Origin: Bacillota bacterium
GTDB lineage: Bacteria; Bacillota_I; Bacilli_A; RFN20; CAG-826
Assembly: GCA_036788815.1 (NCBI GenBank)
Contig: DAIQMS010000002.1
Span: 17,485-81,484, forward strand
DNA length: 64,000 bases
Reading direction: 5' to 3'
How positions within the stretch are numbered: the stretch's first letter is position 1; every line of letters begins with the position of its first letter. A model generated the notes under the pieces. That model saw only the letters and a program-made list of their open reading frames with translations. It did no database searches and was not told where the DNA came from. This document shows positions 45,250-53,721 of this stretch, piece after piece. A program made the position numbers and the translations under genes.

Positions 45250-45915
45250 ATGCCCAAGAACCCCCTTTATAGCGCGGTGAGCTTCCGCTACGCGCTCCTC
45301 GACTCCTACAAAAAGCTCAATCTTACGGAACAGGAGCTGGTCGTGATTCTCATGATCGACCATCTTTTGGAGCAGGGGAACACCTTGGTGACGGCGGATC
45401 TTCTTTCGATGAAAATGAACTACGCGGTCAAGGATATCGATAAGACGATGGTGGGACTTTTGAACCGGGGATTATTAAGCTATGACACCTCGGATAAGAC
45501 GATGCGGACCTCGCTCGATCCTTTGAAGAATCAGGTCTATCAGGCCTTTCAGCAAAGCGTCGAACGCCAACAACTCACCCTCATGAGCAAAGACAAGGCC
45601 GATCGCCTCTCGCAGCTCGTCGCGTTTTTCGAAGGCAAACTCTGCCGCTCGCTCTCGCCGCTTGAATCCCAAACGATGGGGGATTGGCTCGAAGCCGGCT
45701 ATTCGGATGAAGAGATCCAAGACGCCCTTTTGGATGCGCTCAAAGAGAAAAAGAAGACAATCCGCGCCGTCGATAAGATCCTCCGGGCGAAGCGGAGAGA
45801 CGAAGACATCGCCAAAGAAGGCGCGAGCGCGGTGAGCGATACCTGGGACAAAGACATTGAGAAGACAATGGAGATCGCCAAGACGATGTGGGGGAACGAT
45901 GACGGAAAAAAGTGA
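45250..45915 (+). CDS. dnaD: DnaD-domain replication initiation / membrane attachment protein
   Basis: Helical DnaD-like protein immediately upstream of nth, as in the B. subtilis dnaD-nth arrangement. Motif-level similarity only. Confidence 0.6.
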   Translation: MPKNPLYSAVSFRYALLDSYKKLNLTEQELVVILMIDHLLEQGNTLVTADLLSMKMNYAVKDIDKTMVGLLNRGLLSYDTSDKTMRTSLDPLKNQVYQAFQQSVERQQLTLMSKDKADRLSQLVAFFEGKLCRSLSPLESQTMGDWLEAGYSDEEIQDALLDALKEKKKTIRAVDKILRAKRRDEDIAKEGASAVSDTWDKDIEKTMEIAKTMWGNDDGKK

Positions 45916-46546
45916 GGCGGTCCTCGCGCATCTCCACGCCGATTACGCGGACGCCAAGTGCACCCTCGATTTCCATAATGCCTTCGAATGCCTCGTCGCG
46001 ATTTCCTTGAGCGCTCAGACCACCGATGAATCGGTCAATAAAGCCACCCCGGCTCTTTTTCGTGATTTCCCCACCCCGGCAAAGATGGCGGAAGCCCCAA
46101 TTCCCGCGATTGAGAAAGATATCCAATCCTTGGGTCTATTTCACAATAAGGCCAAGCATTTGAAGGCTTTAAGTGGGGATTTGCAGGGGAAATTCGGTGG
46201 AGTGGTGCCGCTTGATTTTGAGACGCTGACCTCGCTTTCTGGCGTTGGGACGAAGACGGCGGGCGTCTTCCTTCTCGAGATGGCAGCCCGTCCCGCGATT
46301 CCAGTCGATACCCACATTCATCGGATTTCTGATCGGCTTGGCTACTCCAAAGAAAAAGACGAACCGCTCGAGGTCGAAAAGAAACTCGAGAAGGCTTTCC
46401 CGAAAGAAGAATGGATTTTCCTTCATCACGCCCTCATCGCCTTCGGGCGGAAACAGTGCCACGCCAAAAACCCGGAATGCGAATCCTGCCCTTTGAAAGC
46501 GTATTGCTCTTATTTCAAGAAGTGCTCGTCGATCAAAGGCAAATAG
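45899..46546 (+). CDS. nth: endonuclease III
   Basis: HhH-GPD motif LSGVGTKTAGVFL. Active-site context DTHIHRI. C-terminal 4Fe-4S cluster C-x6-C-x2-C-x5-C. Confidence 0.9.
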   Translation: MTEKSEAVLAHLHADYADAKCTLDFHNAFECLVAISLSAQTTDESVNKATPALFRDFPTPAKMAEAPIPAIEKDIQSLGLFHNKAKHLKALSGDLQGKFGGVVPLDFETLTSLSGVGTKTAGVFLLEMAARPAIPVDTHIHRISDRLGYSKEKDEPLEVEKKLEKAFPKEEWIFLHHALIAFGRKQCHAKNPECESCPLKAYCSYFKKCSSIKGK

Positions 46547-47094
46547 TCGTAACGGGGCCGATAGCCTTCTTTGACTAAATAGCCATGGGCTTTGATTTCT
46601 TCGACCGGAATCGACTTCCGGGGCTTTTGCTCATAGAAATCGCAGACGTATTGGGCATCGAGGAGATAGGTTTCGTTTAAGGCATAGAGATTGATGATGA
46701 AGAAAGCGAGCCCACCCATCTTCTTGATGGCGCGCAAGTGGGTGACTTGCTGCGGAGCGATGTTATTGAGCGGGAACGAGGTTTTGCTCCGGCTCGATTT
46801 GGCTTCCATATCGAGGTAGTGGCCTTTGTAGACGCCGTTATAGTCGGTGGTGGATTGGCATTGGAAAAAGGCTTGGGTGATCCGGGCACCATGCGAATAA
46901 TCGACCTTCACGACGTTGATCGGGGTCGGCCGCTTATAAATGAGCGCCAACCCTTTTTCAAGGTAGTAGGCGTTCGTTTCGTTGATGTCTTCCTCGAAGC
47001 CCATGCCACGGTTGGCGGCGCTTTCGAGATGACGTTTCTGAGCTTTGATCGGATGGCCGCAGGGCTTGATGCCACCGGGGTAATTCACATTCAT
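46510..47094 (-). CDS. recU: Holliday junction resolvase RecU
   Basis: NRGMGFEEDINETNAYYL, YKRPTPINVVKVDY and STTDYNGVYKGHYLDMEAK align with B. subtilis RecU. Confidence 0.85.
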   Translation of the reverse strand: MNVNYPGGIKPCGHPIKAQKRHLESAANRGMGFEEDINETNAYYLEKGLALIYKRPTPINVVKVDYSHGARITQAFFQCQSTTDYNGVYKGHYLDMEAKSSRSKTSFPLNNIAPQQVTHLRAIKKMGGLAFFIINLYALNETYLLDAQYVCDFYEQKPRKSIPVEEIKAHGYLVKEGYRPRYDYLPLIDEHFLK

Positions 47095-47825
47095 TTGAGG
47101 GCGTCCTCAATCGCTTTGTCCCAATCGGAAGGGGTGACGGCTTTGCCGCTATTGAGCTCGCAAATGACTTTGCTCACCGGCGAGGCCATGTGGTGGACGT
47201 GGGACAGGGTCTTCTTATATTCCCGGGCGACGATCTCAGGTTTGGCCAAGAAGGCTTTATAAAGGTCGAGGAGGTTATAGGCATCGACCAAGGCATCATG
47301 GGCTTTGCCTTCAAACGGCACATCGAACACTTTCAGATAGTTGGTGAGCGAAAGAGGATTCGAGTTCGGGTCCTGGATGTATTGCTGAAGGAATAAGGAG
47401 AAATCAAAGTCATATTTGTTGATGATGTGGGCGATTTCGGGATCGGCATCGAAATTATTGAGGACCGATTGGTTCACGATCCGAAGGTCGTGATTGCCAA
47501 AAGTGACAAACATCGCTTTGCCCCAATACTTGCCGACGTACTTCTTGAACTGCTGAAGCACGTAAGGGAAAGGCTGGCCCTTTTCTTCGAGGGTTCGCTG
47601 GGTGATTCCCGTCATCTTGATCACGATCCCGCCGATCGGATGGTGGGCTTTGACGTAGCTTTGAAAAGGCGGAAAGACTTTCTTGACCGTGAGGTCTTCG
47701 TTGAGAAGAGCCGCATAGGCCCCGATCTCGATCATCTCGTGCGAGAGTTGAGTTCCTTCCAAATCCACAAAGACCAAGACTCGGCGGTCTTTGATGATCT
47801 TTTCTAGCGCTTTCATCCTTTGCAT
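47091..47825 (-). CDS. DEDDh 3'-5' exonuclease (KapD-like)
   Basis: Exo I motif VFVDLEGTQ...EMIEIGA. Exo III motif HDALVDAYN. The start is ATG 47825 or 47816. The track ORF extends upstream to 48107 through non-coding sequence. Confidence 0.7.
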   Translation of the reverse strand: MQRMKALEKIIKDRRVLVFVDLEGTQLSHEMIEIGAYAALLNEDLTVKKVFPPFQSYVKAHHPIGGIVIKMTGITQRTLEEKGQPFPYVLQQFKKYVGKYWGKAMFVTFGNHDLRIVNQSVLNNFDADPEIAHIINKYDFDFSLFLQQYIQDPNSNPLSLTNYLKVFDVPFEGKAHDALVDAYNLLDLYKAFLAKPEIVAREYKKTLSHVHHMASPVSKVICELNSGKAVTPSDWDKAIEDALK

Positions 47826-47997
47826 TTTACCACTTTGCCCACGAAAGGAGGCCTTGGAGTTGCCCCTAAAGTCGCTTTTTAGGAAAATCCTTGGCAAAAC
47901 CCCATTCTTTTTGTGGGCAAAAACTTCGAAAAGAAAAGTGCGTTTGCGGTTGAAGAAACACCCCCTCTTCAATATAATTGAAGGGCCTGAAAAACCT

Positions 47998-48411
47998 ATG
48001 GAACTGAAACTCGATCTCAACGCAAAGAAAATCCTGGACCAAAAGTTCACGAAGGACGTCAAAGGGTACAACCCCGAAGAAGTCGACGCCTTCCTGGATC
48101 GGATCATCCAAGACTATCTGGCGTTCAGCCAGTACCAGAAGCAATCAGGTGCTTATGTCGAAGGCCTTGAAGACAAGATCGCCGCTCTCCAAAACGAGAA
48201 GCAGTCCTGCCTTGAAGAGCGAGACGGAGCCGTCGATGCGAAGAAGAAGCTGGAGCTCGAGAATGCTTCCCTCAAGAACAAACTTGGCGGGATTAAGCCC
48301 TCGGATAAACCGACCGCCGAAAACATCCAATACATCTCCAGAATCAATCAGCTCGAAGACTTCCTCTACGGAATCGGTTACGATCCTCGTACTTTGAAAA
48401 AGCTTTCGTGA
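47998..48411 (+). CDS. gpsB: cell-cycle protein GpsB (DivIVA-domain)
   Basis: N-terminal DivIVA domain ILDQKFTKDVKGYNPEEVDAFLDRI plus coiled coil. Followed by rnpB, as in B. subtilis. Confidence 0.85.
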   Translation: MELKLDLNAKKILDQKFTKDVKGYNPEEVDAFLDRIIQDYLAFSQYQKQSGAYVEGLEDKIAALQNEKQSCLEERDGAVDAKKKLELENASLKNKLGGIKPSDKPTAENIQYISRINQLEDFLYGIGYDPRTLKKLS

Positions 48412-48753
48412 ATGAATTCCGACCCGGGCGACTGCTGCCTTCGGGTAGAGGAAAGTCCATGCTCGCACAGTCTGTGATGACTGTAGCGATTGCGCCAGCT
48501 GAATCAATAAGGCTGGGTAGGCAGGAGTGCCTAACGGAGGAGGAATATCCCACGTGGATAGGAATCCGTAACGTGCCACAGAGACGAGCTTCTTAGCAAT
48601 AAGAAGATGCAACGCGGCAAGCCCCACAAGCGAGAAACCCAAATTTGGTAGGGGAAGAAGAGGAGTCCAAGTCGAAGATGACTCTTCCAGGGAAACCTGA
48701 GATTAATTATCGCCCTCGACAGAACATGGCTTACAAGGTCGGATACTCATTTG
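48412..48753 (+). ncRNA. rnpB: RNase P RNA, bacterial type B
   Basis: Universal blocks AGAGGAAAGTCCATGCTCGCAC, GTGCCACAG and ACGCGGCAAGCC..AGCGAGAAACCCAAATTTGGTAGGGGAA. ACATGGCTTACAAGGTCGGATACTCATT closes P1 against the 5' end AATGAATTCCGACC. Confidence 0.85.
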
Positions 48754-48772
48754 AATTTTTGGAGAAGAGCGC

Positions 48773-49408
48773 ATGAACATCCCAAACAAGATCACCTTAT
48801 CCCGGATTGTTATCGTCCTCGCGATGCTCATCGCGCTTTTCGTTTTGGATATTGTCTACTGGGCGGATCCCTTCACCGTTCCCTTTCTTGGGAAGTCGGG
48901 GATTAACCTCATTGATCTCATCATTTGCATTGTCTTCGTCTTAGGCGCCCTCACCGATAAGCTCGATGGGAGTTTGGCCCGGAAGTGGAACCAAGTCACC
49001 GATTTGGGCAAGTTCCTCGATCCGATCGCCGATAAGCTTCTGGTCGATTCTTTATTGATCTATCTCTGCATCCCCCATTTCGGCATCAGTTTGACCACGC
49101 CAGTCTTTCTATGGTGCGTCCTCATCATGATCATTCGCGATATCGTGGTGGATGCCCTCCGCCTCATCGCCGTCAAAAATGGCAAAGTGTTGGCCGCGAA
49201 TGTCTTCGGCAAACTCAAGACCGTTCTTCAGATGGTCGCGATCCCCGTCGTGCTTCTTGGCGGCTGGCCCTTCACCTATTTCGATGCGAGCTGGACCTTC
49301 TATCGGATTTCGGATATCCTCGTTTATCTCGCCACCTTCGCCTCCTTCTTTAGCGGCGCTTTCTATCTTGTGCAAAACCGGTCGGTTTTCCTTGATGGCA
49401 CCAAATGA
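48773..49408 (+). CDS. pgsA: CDP-diacylglycerol--glycerol-3-phosphate 3-phosphatidyltransferase
   Basis: CDP-alcohol phosphatidyltransferase motif DKLDGSLAR ... DPIADK. Confidence 0.9.
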   Translation: MNIPNKITLSRIVIVLAMLIALFVLDIVYWADPFTVPFLGKSGINLIDLIICIVFVLGALTDKLDGSLARKWNQVTDLGKFLDPIADKLLVDSLLIYLCIPHFGISLTTPVFLWCVLIMIIRDIVVDALRLIAVKNGKVLAANVFGKLKTVLQMVAIPVVLLGGWPFTYFDASWTFYRISDILVYLATFASFFSGAFYLVQNRSVFLDGTK

Positions 49409-49893
49409 TCGATAACGATTTGGCCAAGGACGTCCTTGAGTCCTTTGTGAAGAAGGGCTGGAGCTTGGGCTCGGTTGAATCCTTGACGGGCGGGCTCTTC
49501 TCAAGCACGATCTGCTCGATCCCTGGCGCCTCGCGCGTTTATAAAGGATCGATCATCTCCTACGCGAATGAGGTCAAAGAGAATTTGGCCCACGTGAAAG
49601 ACGAGACAATCAGAACCTATGGCGTCGTTTCGAAAGAAGTGGCCGAAGAAATGGCGTTAGGGGGCCTTGAGGCCCTAAACGTGAACGTCGCCGTCTCCTT
49701 CACGGGGAACGCGGGACCGACCGCCGAGCCCGGGGAAGCCCCGGTGGGCGAAGTCGACATGGCGATTGCGTTAAAACTCCCTCACGAAGAAGCCAAAGTC
49801 GTTTCTTACCAAAAAGTCTTCATGGGAAGCCGAAATTCGATTCGCGAGAGTTCGGTTAATGCGATGCTAAGGTTGCTCCAAGATGTAAAATGA
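49405..49893 (+). CDS. cinA: CinA C-terminal-domain protein (nicotinamide-nucleotide amidase PncC-like)
   Basis: GSVESLTGGLFSSTIC and GVVSKEVAEEMALG motifs. Located upstream of recA. Confidence 0.8.
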   Translation: MIDNDLAKDVLESFVKKGWSLGSVESLTGGLFSSTICSIPGASRVYKGSIISYANEVKENLAHVKDETIRTYGVVSKEVAEEMALGGLEALNVNVAVSFTGNAGPTAEPGEAPVGEVDMAIALKLPHEEAKVVSYQKVFMGSRNSIRESSVNAMLRLLQDVK

Positions 49894-49944
49894 GGGGCAC
49901 AAAGTCCGAAAAGATGTCTATGGATATATAGGAGGTCCATGAAA

Positions 49945-51024
49945 ATGGCCGATAAAGTTGAAGATAACAAAGCGAAGGAAGCCGCGCTCGAGGACGCAAT
50001 CAAGTCCATCGAAAAGGCTTATGGCAAAGGCGCCGTCATGCGGATGGGCGAACACGCCCATGTCGATGTCGATGTGATCCCGTCGGGATCTTTACTGCTC
50101 GATCAAGCATTGGGCGTGGGAGGTTTCCCGAGAGGCCGTATCGTCGAAGTCTATGGTCCTGAATCCTCAGGCAAAACCACTTTGGCGCTCCACGCGGTCG
50201 CCGAAGCGCAGAAGAAGGGCGGCCGGGCCGCCTATGTCGATGCCGAACACGCGATCGATCCGGAGTATGCCGCGAAATTGGGCGTCGATATCGACGAGCT
50301 GATTCTCTCGCAGCCGGATTCGGGCGAACAAGCGCTCGAGATCGTGGAGATGTTAGCCCAATCGGGCGCGATCGACGTGATCGTGGTCGATTCGGTGGCC
50401 GCGCTCGTTCCGCAAGCCGAACTCGACGGCGTGATGGAAGACAATCAGGTTGGCTTACAGGCCCGTTTGATGTCGAAGGCGATGCGAAAACTCGCCGGCA
50501 TTTTGGCGAAGACGAACTGCTTGGTGATCTTCATCAACCAGCTCCGCGAAAAGGTTGGCGTCATGTATGGCAACCCCGAGACGACGACCGGTGGCAGAGC
50601 CCTCAAGTTCTACGCCACGATTCGTCTCGATCTTCGGAGAGCCGATGCGATTAAAAACGGTTCAGAGATCATCGGCAACTCGGTGAAGATCAAAGTCGTG
50701 AAGAATAAGGTCGCGCCGCCGTTCAAGACCTGCGTGGTTGATCTCCTTTATGGCCATGGCTTTGCCAAAGATGGCGAAATCGTCGATCTCGGCGTCGAGA
50801 ATGGCTTAGTTCAGAAGACTGGCAACTGGTACATGATCTCCGGCGAGAAGATCGGCAATGGCCGCGATGCGGCGAAAGCCTACATGGACAGCCATCCGGA
50901 GGTCGCCAATGACCTCGAAGCCAAACTGAGAGCAATCCTCAAAGGCGCTCCGGCGAAGGCGGATGAGGATGGCGTCGTCGCCGATGCTCCGGGAGCGACT
51001 CCCGCTGCGACGGACGACAAATAA
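49945..51024 (+). CDS. recA: recombinase RecA
   Basis: Walker [10 protein letters not shown]. Full-length RecA similarity. GGAGG SD lies 9 nt before ATG 49945. Confidence 0.95.
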   Translation: MADKVEDNKAKEAALEDAIKSIEKAYGKGAVMRMGEHAHVDVDVIPSGSLLLDQALGVGGFPRGRIVEVYGPESSGKTTLALHAVAEAQKKGGRAAYVDAEHAIDPEYAAKLGVDIDELILSQPDSGEQALEIVEMLAQSGAIDVIVVDSVAALVPQAELDGVMEDNQVGLQARLMSKAMRKLAGILAKTNCLVIFINQLREKVGVMYGNPETTTGGRALKFYATIRLDLRRADAIKNGSEIIGNSVKIKVVKNKVAPPFKTCVVDLLYGHGFAKDGEIVDLGVENGLVQKTGNWYMISGEKIGNGRDAAKAYMDSHPEVANDLEAKLRAILKGAPAKADEDGVVADAPGATPAATDDK

Positions 51025-51033
51025 TGGAACGAC

Positions 51034-51063
51034 GGCCCCGAGTTCGCTCGGGGCTTTCTTTTG
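51034..51063 (+). terminator. rho-independent terminator after recA
   Basis: GCCCCGAG-ttcg-CTCGGGGC followed by TTTCTTTT. Confidence 0.8.
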
Positions 51064-51351
51064 GCCTAAATTTGGAATTATCCTTGGCAAAACCCCATCC
51101 TTTTTTCGGGGGATTTTTGGAGGGAAAAAAGAAAGGGCAGGCCCAAAGCGCGCTTTCCCTATTTTTGATAGCGCTTCCCTTCCGACCTTGCTACAATAGT
51201 GACGTACCGAAAGGTACTTACCACCCATAGATTGCGTTTGGGTTCTCGTAATCGGGTTCACCCCGTTAAGATAAACACATCAGTCAATCCTATTTTTCGT
51301 GTGAGGTGGAGTAGCGCTTTTTTCGGATGAACATAAAGGAGTAGTTTCAGT

Positions 51352-52914
51352 ATGGAATGGTGGATTGGCCTGATCATTGGCATCGTAGCTCTTTTGCTTG
51401 GAATTGGCGGCACTGTCTTGGTTTTTAAGCTCGTTCCGGCGATGAAGAACAAGAATGCCGACAAACAGGCGAAATTGATTATTCGTGACGCCGAGATCAA
51501 GGCGGAACGGATCACGAAGAATGCCGAACTTGACGCGAAGCAAGCCGCTTTCGAAGCTAAGCAGAACGCTCAGAACGAAATCCGGCAGATGAAGCAGGAG
51601 ATTCAAGGTGAGCAGGCGAAGCTCGATTTGCGGGAGCAGACGATCGATGCCCGCGACAATACCCTTCTTCAAAAGGAAAACGCCCTCGATCAGAAGAACG
51701 ACGCGTTGACGGCGAAGATCGCCGAAACCGACAAGAAGAGCCAAGACCTCGATGCCAAGATCAATAGCATCTTGACCGAACTCGAGAAAGTCTCCGGCAT
51801 GTCCGTCAAGGAAGCCCACGACGAGATTCTCTCCCGCGTCGAGAATAAGATGGCGGGCGAAATCGCCGCCTATATCAAGAACCAGGAAGACGAAGCCCGG
51901 GACACCGCAGAGAACAAAGCCCGCGATTTGCTCTCGCTCGCTTGCGATAAGTACGCGCAGGAAGTCACGACCGAACGCACGGTCGCGGTCATTCCGCTTC
52001 CTTCGGATGAGCTTAAGGGCCGCATCATCGGCCGCGAAGGACGCAACATCCGCGTTTTGGAACAGACCTTGGGCGTCGACCTGGTGATCGACGATACCCC
52101 GGAAGTCATCACGGTGAGTTGCTTCGATCCGATCCGCCGCGAAATCGCGCGCCGGACGATGGAAGCCCTCGTCAAAGATGGCCGAATCCAGCCGGGCCGC
52201 ATCGAAGAAGTGGCTGCTAAGATGAAAGCCAACGTCGACACCGAAACCCAGAAGGCCGGCGAAGAAGCCTGCCTCAAACTCGGGCTTCCGCGCATCAGCA
52301 AAGAACTCTGCGGCTACTTGGGCAAACTCAAATACCGCACTTCGTTTGGCCAGAACGCTTTGGACCACTCGGTCGAAGTCGCCTACCTCACCGGCATCAT
52401 GGCCGCGGAATTGGGCCTCGATCAGAACTTGGCCCGGAGAGCGGGCTTGCTCCACGATATCGGCAAAGCGGTGGACTTCGAGCAAGAAGGCTCCCACGTT
52501 CAACTCGGCGCCGAACTCGCCCGCAAGTACAACGAGCCGGATGTCGTCATCAACTCGATTGAGTCGCACCACGGCGACGTCGAGGCGAAGAGCGTTATCG
52601 CTCACCTCGTCCAAGCCGCTGATACGCTCTCGGCCGCCCGTCCAGGCGCCCGCAGCGAGACCTTGGAGACCTATGTGAAACGCATTGGCCAGCTCGAGGA
52701 GATCGCCCGGGGCTTCGAAGGCGTCCAGCAAGCCTATGCCATGCAAGCGGGCCGCGAGGTTCGCGTGATGGTCATTCCGGACAAAGTCAGCGATGCCGAT
52801 GCCGTCAAGATGGCGCAGGAAATGCGCGAGAAGATCGAATCGACCATGACCTATCCGGGCACGATCAAAGTGTCCGTCATCCGTGAGTATCGAGCCGTTG
52901 AGACCGCGAAGTAA
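51352..52914 (+). CDS. rny: ribonuclease Y
   Basis: N-terminal TM helix, coiled coil, KH domain (GRIIGREGRNIR) and HD domain (LLHDIGKA). Confidence 0.95.
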   Translation: MEWWIGLIIGIVALLLGIGGTVLVFKLVPAMKNKNADKQAKLIIRDAEIKAERITKNAELDAKQAAFEAKQNAQNEIRQMKQEIQGEQAKLDLREQTIDARDNTLLQKENALDQKNDALTAKIAETDKKSQDLDAKINSILTELEKVSGMSVKEAHDEILSRVENKMAGEIAAYIKNQEDEARDTAENKARDLLSLACDKYAQEVTTERTVAVIPLPSDELKGRIIGREGRNIRVLEQTLGVDLVIDDTPEVITVSCFDPIRREIARRTMEALVKDGRIQPGRIEEVAAKMKANVDTETQKAGEEACLKLGLPRISKELCGYLGKLKYRTSFGQNALDHSVEVAYLTGIMAAELGLDQNLARRAGLLHDIGKAVDFEQEGSHVQLGAELARKYNEPDVVINSIESHHGDVEAKSVIAHLVQAADTLSAARPGARSETLETYVKRIGQLEEIARGFEGVQQAYAMQAGREVRVMVIPDKVSDADAVKMAQEMREKIESTMTYPGTIKVSVIREYRAVETAK

Positions 52915-52925
52915 AAGGAGCGATT

Positions 52926-53717
52926 GTGCGAATTCTCTTCTATGGGGATATCGTCGGGAAGGTGGGCCGCATTGCGGTCCATCTTTCTTTGCCGAGACTT
53001 GTCGAGAAATACGATGTCGACTTTGTGATCGCCAATGGCGAGAACGCTTCGCATGGCAAAGGCCTCACCGAATCCCATTACCGTTATCTCATTGATTCCG
53101 GGGTCGATTGCATCACTTTGGGGAACCATTGGCACAGCAAACAAGAAGTCGATGATTATCTCGATGATGCCGATGACCTCGTCCGGCCGCTCAACATCCT
53201 GAACTATCACCATGGTTCCGGGAGCGCCTCCTATGGCGTCGATGGCGTCGAAGTGAGAGTCACGAATGTGCTTGGCGTCTTCGCGATGGAAGAAACCGTC
53301 CGTTCGCCCTTCGAGGCGATGGACGAGCTTCTCAAAGCCGAGGATCACCCGGCGATCCATATCGTCGACTACCACGCCGATTCGACCTCCGAGAAAGCCA
53401 TTTTCGGCTATGTCTATGATGGCAAGGTGTCCGCGGTTTTAGGGACCCACACCCATGTCCAGACCGCCGATGCGAAAATCCTTCCGAATGGCACCGCCTT
53501 CATGAGCGATGTCGGCATGTGCGGGGATCCGACCGGCGTGATTGGCTTTGAAAAGAACTCCGTCATCGATAAAATCGTGTATGGGCATAAAGGCGCTTTC
53601 GGCCTCGATGACCATGCCCCGATGATGGTGAATGCGATTCTCATGGATTTTGACGAGACGACGGGGCATTGCCTGAAAGTCACCCCGATCAACGAGATTG
53701 TCGAAGAAGGGAAATAA
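52926..53717 (+). CDS. ymdB: 2',3'-cyclic-nucleotide 2'-phosphodiesterase YmdB (TIGR00282 metallophosphoesterase)
   Basis: MRILFYGDIVGKVGR and GNHWHSK motifs. GTG start after an AAAGGAG SD. Follows rny, as in B. subtilis. Confidence 0.88.
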   Translation: MRILFYGDIVGKVGRIAVHLSLPRLVEKYDVDFVIANGENASHGKGLTESHYRYLIDSGVDCITLGNHWHSKQEVDDYLDDADDLVRPLNILNYHHGSGSASYGVDGVEVRVTNVLGVFAMEETVRSPFEAMDELLKAEDHPAIHIVDYHADSTSEKAIFGYVYDGKVSAVLGTHTHVQTADAKILPNGTAFMSDVGMCGDPTGVIGFEKNSVIDKIVYGHKGAFGLDDHAPMMVNAILMDFDETTGHCLKVTPINEIVEEGK

Positions 53718-53721
53718 AGAA

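Noticed and set aside
47887-47905. Sigma-54 promoter reading of TTGGCAAAACCCCAT (TGGCA -24 element)
   Set aside because: No GC/TTGC -12 element at the required spacing in either copy.
47826-48107. Upstream part of the exonuclease ORF (MIRSRKASTSSG...) and the 47791-47997 extension of the gpsB ORF
   Set aside because: Both extensions run through the divergent intergenic promoter region, are low-complexity, and precede internal Met codons where homology starts (MKALEK.. / MELKLD..).
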